Assembly: GCA_035559535.1 (NCBI GenBank)
Contig: DATMBG010000051.1
Coordinates: 310,001 to 374,000, forward strand
Direction: 5' to 3'
DNA length: 64,000 bases
From: Candidatus Limnocylindrales bacterium
GTDB lineage: Bacteria > Moduliflexota > Moduliflexia > Moduliflexales > JAUQPW01
The notes under the pieces were generated by a model, which did not search any database, was not told the origin of the DNA, and saw only the letters and a list, made by a program, of their open reading frames with translations. Position numbers and translations under genes: made by a program. Positions within the stretch are counted from its first letter, which is position 1. Each line of letters starts with the position of its first letter. Below are positions 28,572 to 38,850 of the stretch, one piece after another.

Positions 28572-30113
28572 CTATTCCCATTCGATGGTACTGGGGGGTT
28601 TTGAGCTAATATCATAGACGACCCGATTAATTCCCCGGACTTCATTGATAATACGGTTAGAAATTTTTCCCAGAAGCTCATAAGGGAGTGGAACCCAGTC
28701 GGCGGTCATTCCATCCAGGCTATAAACGGCTCGGATGGCCAGTACATACTCATAAGTCCGGCTATCTCCCATGACTCCCACCGATTTAATCGGTAATAAG
28801 ACCGCAAAGGATTGCCAGATCTGTTTGTAGAGTCCGGCTTTTTGGATCTCATGAACCACGATTTCATCGGCTGATCGGACCAGATCTAATCGTTCTGGAG
28901 TAACTTCTCCCAAAACACGAATGGCCAGTCCAGGACCCGGAAAGGGCTGTCGCCAGACAATTTCTTCCGGTAGGCCTAATTTTTCTCCAACCATCCGGAC
29001 CTCATCTTTAAAAAGCTCCCGGAGAGGTTCTATCAATTCAAAATTCATCTGGGCAGGAAGCCCCCCCACGTTATGGTGGGATTTGATAGTTGCTGAAGGT
29101 CCTTTAATAGAGACACTTTCAATCACGTCGGGATAAAGGGTTCCCTGGACCAAAAATCGAATTCCTCCCATCTTTCCGGCCTCTTCTTCAAAGATTCGAA
29201 TAAATTCCTCTCCGATGATCTTCCGCTTTTGCTCCGGCTCTATGATGCCTTTTAACTTCGCTAAGAATCGATCCGAGGCATCGATGTAACGCAGGTTCAT
29301 GTTAAAACCTTTTTCAAAGGTATTTAAAACCTTTTCTACCTCACCTTTACGGAGCAACCCGTTGTTCACAAAAATACAGGTCAACTGATCTCCTACGGCT
29401 TTATGGGTTAAAACTGCTGCTACCGAGGAATCTACCCCTCCACTCAAAGCGCACAGGACTTTCTGGGATCCGACCTGTGCTTTTATCTTTTCTAGAGTCT
29501 GTTGGATAAAGGAACTCATGGTCCAACCGGGCGTACAATGACAGATTTCAAAGAGGAAATTTTTAAGCATCTGGCGACCCTGAACGGTATGAACGACTTC
29601 TGGATGGAATTGAACTCCAAAGATAGGCCGGGTTCGATGTTTGATGGCTGCATAGGGAGCGTTGTCGGTATGGGCTATGGAGATAAAATCCTCTGGAAGC
29701 CTGACAATTTGATCCCCATGGCTCATCCATACCGTCGTGGATGGAGCCTGGATGCCCTGAAAAAATTCCTCGGAGCTATCAAAAAATAACTCCGCTTTTC
29801 CGTACTCCCGTTTTGTAGCCCGAACCACTTCTCCCTGTAATAGATGGGCGATCAGTTGCATGCCATAACAAACTCCCAGAATCGGGACGTTAAGCGAAAA
29901 AAGGGCCTTATCACACAGAGGGGCATCCGGTTCATAGACGCTGGCCGGGCCTCCTGACAGGATAATTCCTCTATATTCTCTAAGCCGTTGGGCCGGGACA
30001 TTAAATGGAAGAATTTCGCAATAGACCTGACTTTCCCGAACCCGCCGGGCAATGAGCTGGCTGTATTGGGAACCAAAATCTAAGATCGCAATCTTATCCT
30101 GCTGAATATCCAC
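28572..30113 (-). CDS. guaA: GMP synthase (glutamine-hydrolysing); probable GTG start at 30113
   Basis: [51 protein letters not shown]. Confidence 0.98.
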   Translation of the reverse strand: MDIQQDKIAILDFGSQYSQLIARRVRESQVYCEILPFNVPAQRLREYRGIILSGGPASVYEPDAPLCDKALFSLNVPILGVCYGMQLIAHLLQGEVVRATKREYGKAELFFDSSEEFFQGIQAPSTTVWMSHGDQIVRLPEDFISIAHTDNAPYAAIKHRTRPIFGVQFHPEVVHTVQGRQMLKNFLFEICHCTPGWTMSSFIQQTLEKIKAQVGSQKVLCALSGGVDSSVAAVLTHKAVGDQLTCIFVNNGLLRKGEVEKVLNTFEKGFNMNLRYIDASDRFLAKLKGIIEPEQKRKIIGEEFIRIFEEEAGKMGGIRFLVQGTLYPDVIESVSIKGPSATIKSHHNVGGLPAQMNFELIEPLRELFKDEVRMVGEKLGLPEEIVWRQPFPGPGLAIRVLGEVTPERLDLVRSADEIVVHEIQKAGLYKQIWQSFAVLLPIKSVGVMGDSRTYEYVLAIRAVYSLDGMTADWVPLPYELLGKISNRIINEVRGINRVVYDISSKPPSTIEWE

Positions 30114-30522
30114 GTTTCGCATCATATTCCCTTCGTTTCTTAGGATCCCGTAGGTAGGAATAGGCCTCGTTGATCTGCTTCATTTTAGCTTCTGCCCAGG
30201 CCCTTTGATGGGGTGGTTGCTTATCAGGATGATACTTGGCGGCCAGAGCTTTATAGGCTTTTTCGATAACCTCCGGACTCGCTTTGTAGTGAACTTCTAA
30301 TATTTCATAATAATCCGGTAAAGAGGAACCTGTTGGGGCCTGTGCCTGTTGCCGTCTCTTCTGCTTTTGCTGCTGATCCTGCCCGGTTTGTTTGGTTTCA
30401 TTTTCGTTGAGGAGATCCTCCCAATCTGGATCTATATCCCATCCTGTCCTCCAAACTTTATCAATCCAATGGTTCAGATTGGATTTTAAAAGTGTCGATA
30501 TACGCCGTGTTAAGTAGCCCAT
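30094..30522 (-). CDS. J-domain protein with C-terminal J domain
   Basis: [32 protein letters not shown]. Confidence 0.9.
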   Translation of the reverse strand: MGYLTRRISTLLKSNLNHWIDKVWRTGWDIDPDWEDLLNENETKQTGQDQQQKQKRRQQAQAPTGSSLPDYYEILEVHYKASPEVIEKAYKALAAKYHPDKQPPHQRAWAEAKMKQINEAYSYLRDPKKRREYDAKRGYSAG

Positions 30523-30657
30523 GGTTATTTAGATCTTTCTTTATCGAAGAAATAGGGAATACAACCCTTCAGGAATTAAATAGAATATCGAAACTGTAAA
30601 GGCATTTGTCAAGGGTAGAAAGTAAGGTAAGATATCCCTCTGGGCATGGATCTCTGA

Positions 30658-31329
30658 TCAACCAATGGTAGAGAGACTATAAAGGGTATCCCAGTACATC
30701 AGCTCATAATTCTGCAGGAGCCGGGCCGCACGGCGAATCAAGCGAACCTCTACGCCTCGAGATAAACCTGCTTCAACGACCGCAAGTGCCTTGGCTTCAA
30801 AATCTTCGGGAGGTGTGCTAAAAATGGAAAAAAAGACCAGATCCATACCCGTTAACCGATACTTCTCCTGTAACGCTTTTTCCATTCGGGCACAGTTATC
30901 CCCCCAGGCTGTAAAGTTGACCAGATAAGCGGCGGCTACTTCTGCATCAGACGCATATAAGGCCATCCAGGCCATGTAAGCAGTGTAAGCATAAGCACCG
31001 GCTTTGGGTTCGTAGTCGGACAGCTCTTCGGGAGTCATCTGTAAGGCATGGGCCAACAGGGATACGGCCTCAAGGGCTGCCTTTTCCCCCTGCAGAACCA
31101 TCCAGAAGAAATCTCGACTGGGCGAGAGCCCGTATCGAGAGAGAAGTAAGGCGACACTGCAAAGGTCACTTCGGATAATGTGGCTCTGCTCACCCACAAA
31201 GAGTTTAAGTTTATCTTTTTTAATCTGTCCGTTTTCAAGAGCCTTAAGATAAGGATGCTGACAGATTTTATTCTCAACCTCCTGAAGCTCCCGTTTAACT
31301 TCGTCGATAACCTGACGGGCATTGGGCAT
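30658..31329 (-). CDS. TenA/THI-4 family (heme-oxygenase-like fold) protein
   Basis: HPYL..L..G, YAYTAYM, LLQNYELMYWD; SD AGAGGAGG. Confidence 0.8.
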   Translation of the reverse strand: MPNARQVIDEVKRELQEVENKICQHPYLKALENGQIKKDKLKLFVGEQSHIIRSDLCSVALLLSRYGLSPSRDFFWMVLQGEKAALEAVSLLAHALQMTPEELSDYEPKAGAYAYTAYMAWMALYASDAEVAAAYLVNFTAWGDNCARMEKALQEKYRLTGMDLVFFSIFSTPPEDFEAKALAVVEAGLSRGVEVRLIRRAARLLQNYELMYWDTLYSLSTIG

Positions 31330-31633
31330 AGTTTTATAACCTCCTCTTATTTGATAATTGGGGATATGCTGAAAACCTATCGAAAATAGAGAAGTCTGTC
31401 AATAAAAAAGTCTATTTTGGAGGAATATTTTCACCAGGGGTGGTTCTATTTAAGAATATCTGCCGGGGTTTGTGCTTACAAAGGGGCGGTAATACCCACT
31501 CTGTTGGGAAATCGGCCGTAAACCTCCGACCTTCCCCGTTCGCCCTGGGCCTATAGAAGGGCGAACGGGGTGAAACAGATTAGGGTAAATTTCGAAAAGG
31601 AGCGGATATCAGCCCAAACTCTGTCTGTCGGAT

Positions 31634-31990
31634 CTATCTGAGCCATGGCCACTTAACGGATTCCGGACCGAAGGTTGTCTTTCCAACAAATTTGCCTTCT
31701 ATTTCCACATTTTTCTTTTGTTCTGCCGTTAATTTGGGAATATCTTTGAGGAGAGGGGACTCCTGAAGAAGAACCAACTGTCCATCTTGGGTTTTGACGA
31801 TATGGGGGTGATCCCCTCCGGGACAAACCCCGGGTTCTAACCGAATCCCCTCTGCGGTGGGTACTACACAGTAAATGTGGCCGGTAATGGTTTGTTTTTC
31901 CTCTGAAGCCGAAAGAACCTTTAGATTAACTGCCAGTAAAGTTATCACCATTAAAATGGAGATCAGTAATTTTAAGTTTGAAGAATTCAT
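31634..31990 (-). CDS. Small secreted protein with a Cys/His cluster
   Basis: Signal peptide; GHIYC...CPGGDHPH; SD GGAGG. Confidence 0.75.
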   Translation of the reverse strand: MNSSNLKLLISILMVITLLAVNLKVLSASEEKQTITGHIYCVVPTAEGIRLEPGVCPGGDHPHIVKTQDGQLVLLQESPLLKDIPKLTAEQKKNVEIEGKFVGKTTFGPESVKWPWLR

Positions 31991-32050
31991 CTTAAACCTC
32001 CGTGAAATTAAAGGGTTATGGGTATAGGCTAACCGCTATTCTCTTTTAGG

Positions 32051-32066
32051 AGCAAGTCTAATGCCA
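32051..32066 (-). promoter_or_regulatory. Sigma-54 -24/-12 promoter
   Basis: Minus strand TGGCAT-TAGAC-TTGCT, about 60 nt upstream of ATG 31990. Confidence 0.8.
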
Positions 32067-32141
32067 GAATACTTAAATTCGTCCTAAGTTGGTTATTTAA
32101 GGCCAGATTAGCGATTTTTGCTTCTTTCGGATAGACCTGTT

Positions 32142-32271
32142 TGTCTTTTAAAAAGAGACAAAAAGAATGATTTATAAAGATAGATCAGGCCTCAATTACT
32201 GGAAAAGTCTGGGAGATTAGAAAAAAACTTTTTGTCTCTATAAAGAGACACTTATGTCTAACCTAGAGACA
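32142..32271. promoter_or_regulatory. Three TGTCT...GAGACA palindromes, putative enhancer-binding-protein sites
   Basis: 32142-32160, 32233-32250 and 32255-32271. Confidence 0.65.
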
Positions 32272-32354
32272 GGGGGTTGGAAAAAATATAAATTTTTCGG
32301 TAAGGGTAGATTTACAAATAAAACTAAATTTTACAGGATAAAAAGGAGATAATC

Positions 32355-33407
32355 ATGAAAAAACGACTCATACTTTTATTGACTTTCTTTTTTCTGGTTC
32401 CTTTACAACCCGGCTACGCCGAACAGCCTACCACGGCAGAGGAACATTTTAAAGCGGGGCTGGCCTTTACTCAAACCGGTAAGTACGTGGAAGCCGTCAA
32501 AGCTTTCGTCGAAGCTATCAAGTTAAAGCCGGATTATGTGGAGGCCTATAACAGTTTAGCCTCCCTTTACCTTATCTTAGGAGACCCCCATCAAGCCCTT
32601 CAACTGGCCCAAGAGGCTATCAAGATAAAGCCGGATTATGCGGCGGCTTACTATACCCTGGGATCTATCTATAACGTCCAGAAGCAGCCAGCCGAAGCTA
32701 TTAAAGCTTTGGCGGAAGCCATTAAACTGAAACCGGACTATGTAGATGCCTATGTAAATCTGGGCTGGGTTGTTTATCTTCAGGGAAACCCGGATGAAGC
32801 TCTTAAACATTTCAAAAAGGCGGTTCAACTGAACCCAAAAGATCCAGGTGCCCATATTGGGCTGGGAGAAATTTATAGTCAGAAAGGACAATATGATCAG
32901 GCAATTGCTGAGCTTAAAGAGGCTATCCAGGCCAATCCGAATCATATGGGAGCCCATCACCGATTAGGGCATGCGTATCTTTTGCAGAAAAAAACAGACG
33001 AAGCTATCCAGGAATTCCAGACGATTACCAAAATTCAACCCGATGATCCAGAAGCTTATAATGAATTAGGTCTTATCTATGCAGAACAAGGCAAGTACCC
33101 GGAAGCCATTAAACAATTTAATACGGTAATTCGACTTGCCCCGAAAGATCCTGGAGTCCGCCAACGACTGGCTCAAATCTTAATCGATAAGGATCTTAAT
33201 CTTGATGAGGGGATCCAACAGGCTCAGAAAGCCCTGGAGCTTAAACCGGAATTTCCTGAAGTGATGGGAACCCTGGGTTGGGGGTATTACAAAAAAGGGA
33301 TGTATCCAGAAGCGGTAGAATGGTTGAAGAAAGCTGCCGTGAAATCCAAGGATAACAAAACCATTCAATCCCGCCTGGAGCAGGCCCAGCAGAAACTTAA
33401 GAAGTGA
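32355..33407 (+). CDS. Secreted tetratricopeptide-repeat protein
   Basis: Signal peptide; about 9 TPRs (AI.LKPDY..AY..LG). Confidence 0.93.
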   Translation: MKKRLILLLTFFFLVPLQPGYAEQPTTAEEHFKAGLAFTQTGKYVEAVKAFVEAIKLKPDYVEAYNSLASLYLILGDPHQALQLAQEAIKIKPDYAAAYYTLGSIYNVQKQPAEAIKALAEAIKLKPDYVDAYVNLGWVVYLQGNPDEALKHFKKAVQLNPKDPGAHIGLGEIYSQKGQYDQAIAELKEAIQANPNHMGAHHRLGHAYLLQKKTDEAIQEFQTITKIQPDDPEAYNELGLIYAEQGKYPEAIKQFNTVIRLAPKDPGVRQRLAQILIDKDLNLDEGIQQAQKALELKPEFPEVMGTLGWGYYKKGMYPEAVEWLKKAAVKSKDNKTIQSRLEQAQQKLKK

Positions 33408-33499
33408 GGACTTAGAGAATCTCCTTCTCAGGTCTTTCACTATTCAAGAACTTAAGCAACAGTCAGGTTTTAACCGAAGATTTTCTTAATTTCTTTGTT

Positions 33500-34849
33500 A
33501 TGGATGACTTATTGGCTGCACGCTTACAAATGGCCATTTCATTGGCCTTTCATATCATTTTTGCCGTTATCGGGATTGCCATGCCGTTAATGATGGTCAT
33601 AGCCGAATGGTTTTGGTTGCGGACGGGTGAAGAGGTTTATCTGATGCTTACCAAACGATGGGCAAAGGGCACGGCCATCTTATTTGCCGTTGGGGCGGTT
33701 TCTGGTACCGTCCTCTCGTTTGAGTTAGGTCTATTATGGCCTAACTTCATGGGTTGGGCCGGTTCTATCATCGGGATGCCCTTTTCACTGGAAGGGTTTG
33801 CATTTTTCACCGAGGCCATTTTCCTGGGAATTTACCTCTACGGCTGGCAACGGGTATCATCCCACATGCATATTTTATCCGGTCTTTTAGTTGCCTTGAG
33901 TGGGGCCGCCTCCGGTATTTTTGTCGTCATAGCTAACGCCTGGATGAATACTCCGACGGGATTTCGTCTTGTGGAAGGTCGACCGGTGGATATCGACCCT
34001 ATAGCCGCCCTGCTTAATCCGGCTGCTTTTTCACAAACACTTCATATGATCCTTGCAGCCTACGCAGCCACAGGATTTGCAGTGGCCGGTATTCACGCTT
34101 TTCTTTTATTACGGGATCATCAGAACCTGTTTCACCGACGAGCCTTTTCCATTGCCCTGGTTATCGGCGGAATTACGGCCATTCTTCAGCCTCTGAGTGG
34201 AGATATCCTCGCCCGAACCGTTGCCCGAAATCAACCTGTAAAGCTGGCTGCCTTTGAAGGACAATTCCAAACAGAATCCGGAGCCCCCTTACGAATCGGA
34301 GGGATCCCGGACGTAGAAGCGGGTATAACCCGCTATGCCCTGGAGATCCCCTATGGTCTGAGCCTGCTTGCCTTCCATGATCCCCAAGCAACGGTAAAGG
34401 GACTCGATGCAGTCCCTCGGGATCAGTGGCCTCCGGTAAAGATCGTTCATATTGCTTTCCAGGTCATGGTAGCCGCGGGATTTGCCATGATGGGAATTGC
34501 CCTTTGGGGCCTGTGGCTCCTTTGGCGACACAGAACTTTCTTCGATTCACGAGGGTTCCTACGTGCCGTAGCGGCAGCTACGCCCCTGGGGTTCCTGGCC
34601 ATAGAAGCCGGCTGGATAGTCACAGAAGTCGGACGACAACCCTGGATTATCTACGGGATCATGCGGACGACAGAAGCTTTAACCCCGATGCCAGGACTTA
34701 AGATCCCTTTTATTATGTTTACGCTACTCTACCTCTTCCTGGCTATGGTTGTAATCTGGCTACTGCTCCACCAGGTCAGGGAGAGTCCCCGGGTAGTGAA
34801 GTCTGATCTTCCAGAACAGCCTAAAGACAATGAGTATATTACCCCTTGA
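33500..34849 (+). CDS. cydA: Cytochrome bd ubiquinol oxidase subunit I (short Q-loop)
   Basis: ARLQMA..FHIIF, ANAWMNTP, QPVKLAAFE, EVGRQPW. Confidence 0.96.
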   Translation: MDDLLAARLQMAISLAFHIIFAVIGIAMPLMMVIAEWFWLRTGEEVYLMLTKRWAKGTAILFAVGAVSGTVLSFELGLLWPNFMGWAGSIIGMPFSLEGFAFFTEAIFLGIYLYGWQRVSSHMHILSGLLVALSGAASGIFVVIANAWMNTPTGFRLVEGRPVDIDPIAALLNPAAFSQTLHMILAAYAATGFAVAGIHAFLLLRDHQNLFHRRAFSIALVIGGITAILQPLSGDILARTVARNQPVKLAAFEGQFQTESGAPLRIGGIPDVEAGITRYALEIPYGLSLLAFHDPQATVKGLDAVPRDQWPPVKIVHIAFQVMVAAGFAMMGIALWGLWLLWRHRTFFDSRGFLRAVAAATPLGFLAIEAGWIVTEVGRQPWIIYGIMRTTEALTPMPGLKIPFIMFTLLYLFLAMVVIWLLLHQVRESPRVVKSDLPEQPKDNEYITP

Positions 34850-35828
34850 AGGGATCCTTGCCGGTGTCATGATGATTTCCTTGACCCTCTATGCCCTGAT
34901 GGGTGGAGCAGATTATGGAGGTGGAGTATGGGACTTGCTGGCCTGGGGGCCCCGGGCTAAAGCACAACGTGAGTTGATTGCAGAGGCCATTGGCCCTATC
35001 TGGGAAGCCAATCATGTCTGGCTCATTTTGGTTATTGTAGTTCTGTTCACAGGCTTCCCTCTGGCCTTTGCTGTTATTGCCACCGCGTTGCATATTCCGC
35101 TAACCCTCATGCTCCTGGGAATTGTCCTACGGGGTTCGGCCTTTGCCTTTCGTACCTATGGAACTAAAGAAGATAGAATACAGCGCCGGTGGGGTCGCGT
35201 TTTCTCTATAGCCAGTCTGGTTACTCCTCTGCTTCTCGGTACTGTTTTGGGTGCCATTGCATCAGGCCAGATTCGCCTTAAGGACAGATGGGTGGTAGCC
35301 GATTTTGTTCGTCCCTGGCTGGCTCCATTCCCCCTGGCAGTTGGCCTGTTTGCCCTGGTTTTATTTGCATTTCTCGCGGCAGTGTACTTAACCCTGGAAA
35401 CGGAGGATCCAGAGCTACAGGAAGATTTTCGCCGCCGTGCCCTGGTTTCAGCCTTTGTGGTAGGTCCTGTTGCGCTCCTGGTTTTCCTACTCTCGGGAAC
35501 AGGAGCCCCTCTCATACGACAAGGTCTGAGTCAGAGTTGGTGGACCTGGCCCTTACAACTCTCTACGGCAGTCTTTGCAACGGGAGCCATCTTTGCCCTC
35601 TGGACCCGCAGGTTTCATATGGCCAGGTTTTGCGCAGCAGGACAGATCACACTCATCCTTTGGGGTTGGGGAGTTGCTCAGTTTCCCTACCTGATCGTGC
35701 CGGATATCACCGTCTTTAATGCAGCTGCTCCCACCATAACCCTCCGCCTGCTCCTCGTAGCCCTTGGAAGCGGTGCGTTGGTACTTTTTCCCTCCTTTTA
35801 CTATCTCTATCGTATCTTTAAAGGCTAG
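34830..35828 (+). CDS. cydB: Cytochrome bd ubiquinol oxidase subunit II
   Basis: GADYGGG, IGPIWEANHVWL, LRGSAFAFR. Confidence 0.96.
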   Translation: MSILPLEGILAGVMMISLTLYALMGGADYGGGVWDLLAWGPRAKAQRELIAEAIGPIWEANHVWLILVIVVLFTGFPLAFAVIATALHIPLTLMLLGIVLRGSAFAFRTYGTKEDRIQRRWGRVFSIASLVTPLLLGTVLGAIASGQIRLKDRWVVADFVRPWLAPFPLAVGLFALVLFAFLAAVYLTLETEDPELQEDFRRRALVSAFVVGPVALLVFLLSGTGAPLIRQGLSQSWWTWPLQLSTAVFATGAIFALWTRRFHMARFCAAGQITLILWGWGVAQFPYLIVPDITVFNAAAPTITLRLLLVALGSGALVLFPSFYYLYRIFKG

Positions 35829-36316
35829 AAAGCTTTTAAAACCCTTAAAGATCGATCTAAATAACAGGCCTTCGTTAAAGTTAAGAAGAAAGTCCCCTTT
35901 GGATTGATAGCAGGGATCTTATCCCTGGAAAAGGGATTCCAAGAGGTAGAGGAATTTTACTTGACACCCCATAAGGGGAACAGAGTAAACTGGATGCTAT
36001 AGAGTTAAGGTAAATAAAAGAATCTCTTAAACCATCTCTGGGCTGAAAGCTCTGTTGAAGGGCAACCCTACAACATCCCCTGTCTCCTTAAAAGTAACAC
36101 TTTTACAGTAAATGGGTTCCTCTTCCGGGAATCTCGTTTTTTCATTATAGATCTTCCGGTTTGGAAATTAATAGCTAATTTTAACTTAACTCAGCTTGCC
36201 TATAGAGAGTGTTTTAAAGTCTTACCTGATGTCGAAAATCATAGGATAGTCGGAAGAAAGGTATCCCTGATTTAATTTTAAAAGCTCTACCTAATATCTT
36301 TTAGGAGGTAAAATTT

Positions 36317-36826
36317 ATGAACCTGGCACATATCCATTTAATCCTCAATCATTTCCCGGTGATAGGCATGGTATTTGGTTTTCTCTTATTGGCCTTTGCT
36401 CTGGTAAAGAAAAGTGAAGAGCTCACAAGAGTAAGTTTGGGGGTTTTCATTATTATCGCCCTGCTTGCACTACCGGTATACTTTACAGGTGAACCAGCAG
36501 CGAAAGTAATCGAACATCTTCCGGGGGTAACAGAATCGGTTGTAGAAGAACATGAAGAGGCTGCCCTCATAACCCTGATAGCTGTTGAAATCCTGGGTCT
36601 GGTCGCCTTGGGGGGATTGTTTTACTTTCGCCATTTGGAAAACCTTCCAAATTGGCTTGTCAAAGCCTCGTTGATACTGGCTGCGATTAGTATAGGATTG
36701 CTGACATGGACGGCAAATTTAGGGGGAAAGGTACGCCATACAGAAATTCGATCAGATTTCAAGCCTGTGGTGACCTCGGAGAAAGCAGCCGAGGATACCC
36801 AAAAAGAGCCGGAATCGAGGAAGTGA
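36317..36826 (+). CDS. His-rich membrane protein (DUF2231-like)
   Basis: HLILNHFP, TGE.A, HEEAA, ANLGGKVRHTEIR; SD AGGAGG. Confidence 0.75.
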   Translation: MNLAHIHLILNHFPVIGMVFGFLLLAFALVKKSEELTRVSLGVFIIIALLALPVYFTGEPAAKVIEHLPGVTESVVEEHEEAALITLIAVEILGLVALGGLFYFRHLENLPNWLVKASLILAAISIGLLTWTANLGGKVRHTEIRSDFKPVVTSEKAAEDTQKEPESRK

Positions 36827-36980
36827 GGGGGTTGAAACCGGAAGGATGCTAAAACGGTTAATTTAAAGATCTTTGAGAAAGGAAGTCTGTTCGTTGTCCC
36901 TGAAGTTACAGGAAAGGTGGGAACGACTTTAGTCTTTTTCCTATAAAATAAAAGGAACCACTAAAGTCGTCGCTTAACCC

Positions 36981-37919
36981 TTAGTAGTGAGAAGGGATCA
37001 ATTTAATGACGCTTTCCTGAAGTTCCTGATAACGAGCTATGTCCTGCATCTTACCGATTTCCCAATCTTTTTTAGGAGTCCAGTAACGATCCCCAACAAA
37101 AATCTCGAAATGCAGGTGAACTTCCTTGGTCTTACTATGCTCAACCTCTCCACTGGTTCCTGAATTTCCCACAAATCCAATCACGTGATCTATCCCAACC
37201 ACATCATAAACTTTCAGTTGATCATTGACATCGGATAAGTGGGCGTACATGGTTAAAACGGGTTCTCGATTTTTGTTCTTTCCATGGTAAATCCAGACCT
37301 GTCGACCTCGTAATTTATCTAGAACATTTCCATAGGGCTGTTCCGCTGAAGGAATGGTCAAAGACCCCGGAGTTCCATGCCACTTTGTCTTGGTCAGCTC
37401 AAGCATTCTATCCCGGGTCGCTTTGGTTAAAGGCACATAATTTTTGTCAATCCGAATGATCACACCGGGGGCTATAGGATAGACCTTTTCTCGCCAGGGA
37501 AGTCCATAGATATCGGTTCCTTGATGAACATCATTACGATAACCCCGGGGATCCCCAGGTAATCTGAGTTGTGTGTAGCTAACAGGTTTTTTGATGGGCA
37601 TCTGAAAAACACCCTGGATATTCGTGAGAGAGACTTCATTTAAATTCTTAAAAGCGGTTGGATTTTCACTCACAATTTTGTCCGCTCGGGTAATAACTTC
37701 CAGATAGTCTTGAAAGTATTTCGGTACGGCAACAGGTGCCGGAGGGGGAGGTGGAGCAGGAACCGGTTTTTTCTCAGGGGGACTTATTAAAATCTTAATA
37801 CCCCCTACTAAACCCACCACCAGGATAATAACAAGAATTTGAATAGTAATCGGTAACGCTTTACTTGGAACTTTATCGGTGATTTTCTTGGTAATTTTAT
37901 CCGGGAGTACTTTCAACAT
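36981..37919 (-). CDS. M23 family metallopeptidase with N-terminal TM helix and Pro-rich linker
   Basis: HQGTD, YAHL, GFVGNSG, HLHFE. Confidence 0.9.
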   Translation of the reverse strand: MLKVLPDKITKKITDKVPSKALPITIQILVIILVVGLVGGIKILISPPEKKPVPAPPPPPAPVAVPKYFQDYLEVITRADKIVSENPTAFKNLNEVSLTNIQGVFQMPIKKPVSYTQLRLPGDPRGYRNDVHQGTDIYGLPWREKVYPIAPGVIIRIDKNYVPLTKATRDRMLELTKTKWHGTPGSLTIPSAEQPYGNVLDKLRGRQVWIYHGKNKNREPVLTMYAHLSDVNDQLKVYDVVGIDHVIGFVGNSGTSGEVEHSKTKEVHLHFEIFVGDRYWTPKKDWEIGKMQDIARYQELQESVIKLIPSHY

Positions 37920-38086
37920 AACCTCTTGTTCACCTTGTTCACCCGCAGGTTTGAGAACATCCTTAGGTTTTCATCTGTGAGCCCTCAACAGGGGTATCCC
38001 TTCATTATATATTATAAGCTGACAGGACTGTTACGCTATCAAAAGTTATTCTTCTTGTAAAGCAAAAATTAACCCCCGGTTACTCA

Positions 38087-38147
38087 TTGACAGAAGGGAG
38101 AGACTCTACTATATTTAGAGTGCAATAACTTAACTTCAAAGTTAAGT
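38087..38147 (+). promoter_or_regulatory. Sigma-70 promoter followed by a palindromic operator candidate
   Basis: TTGACA-N17-TATATT (38087-38115); ACTTAACTT-CA-AAGTTAAGT (38128-38147). Confidence 0.65.
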
Positions 38148-38338
38148 AAAACCCTAGGCATGAAATAATAATCCTGAGTTAAATTTTTAACCACTCAAGA
38201 TGGGAGGCGAATTTATCTGCTATTCTATGTTTCAGTAGAAACAAGGCAGGTACCCACAAACTGAGAAGTTATTTTTATATCAAGCTTTGTTTCTACTTTT
38301 AAGTATGGCAGAGGAATTTCGGGAGAATACCATCCATT

Positions 38339-38626
38339 ATGAAAGTTTTAACTATTCCAAAAAAATTAATAACCTCAGAGAATAAAGAAAACCTTCTGCT
38401 TGCAGAAGATAAAGCAGCTTCGACCCCCAATGAAACCTTCTATCTGATTCCAGATGGGTTAAATATGTTTAGGGGAGAAGGCCTGGTGATTCTGAATAAA
38501 AGGCGAAATGATGATTATTACGATGATGAAGAGGATTATGATGATGAAGACTACGATGATGAAGAGGATTATGATGAGTATGAAGAAGAAGACGAAGATG
38601 ACATGTATAGAAGACGCCGTCGCTAA
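38339..38626 (+). CDS. Small protein with an Asp/Glu/Tyr-rich tract and Arg5 tail
   Basis: 95-aa ORF; the acidic tract uses mixed synonymous codons (GAT/GAC, GAA/GAG, TAT/TAC), consistent with coding sequence. Confidence 0.7.
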   Translation: MKVLTIPKKLITSENKENLLLAEDKAASTPNETFYLIPDGLNMFRGEGLVILNKRRNDDYYDDEEDYDDEDYDDEEDYDEYEEEDEDDMYRRRRR

Positions 38627-38850
38627 ATGCGATAATCTGGAAGTCGAATTAAGGGCGAATCAAGGGCTGCTTTGCTACTACTAGACTTTGAATTTCAAGG
38701 GAATGAATCCTCAGAACCCGATATAAAATTCTGGGAATACCTTCATCACCTGTGAACATGGGAGGTTCAGGACTCTAGTCAACTACCTGTCACTACCCAT
38801 AAAAACTGGTTATAGGTTTCCCTTGAGGTTTCAATGGATTTAGGAGAACG

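Noticed and set aside
31330-31633. TPP riboswitch upstream of the TenA-like gene
   Set aside because: No CTGAGA or ACCTG..GATAAT..CG.AGG core on the minus strand
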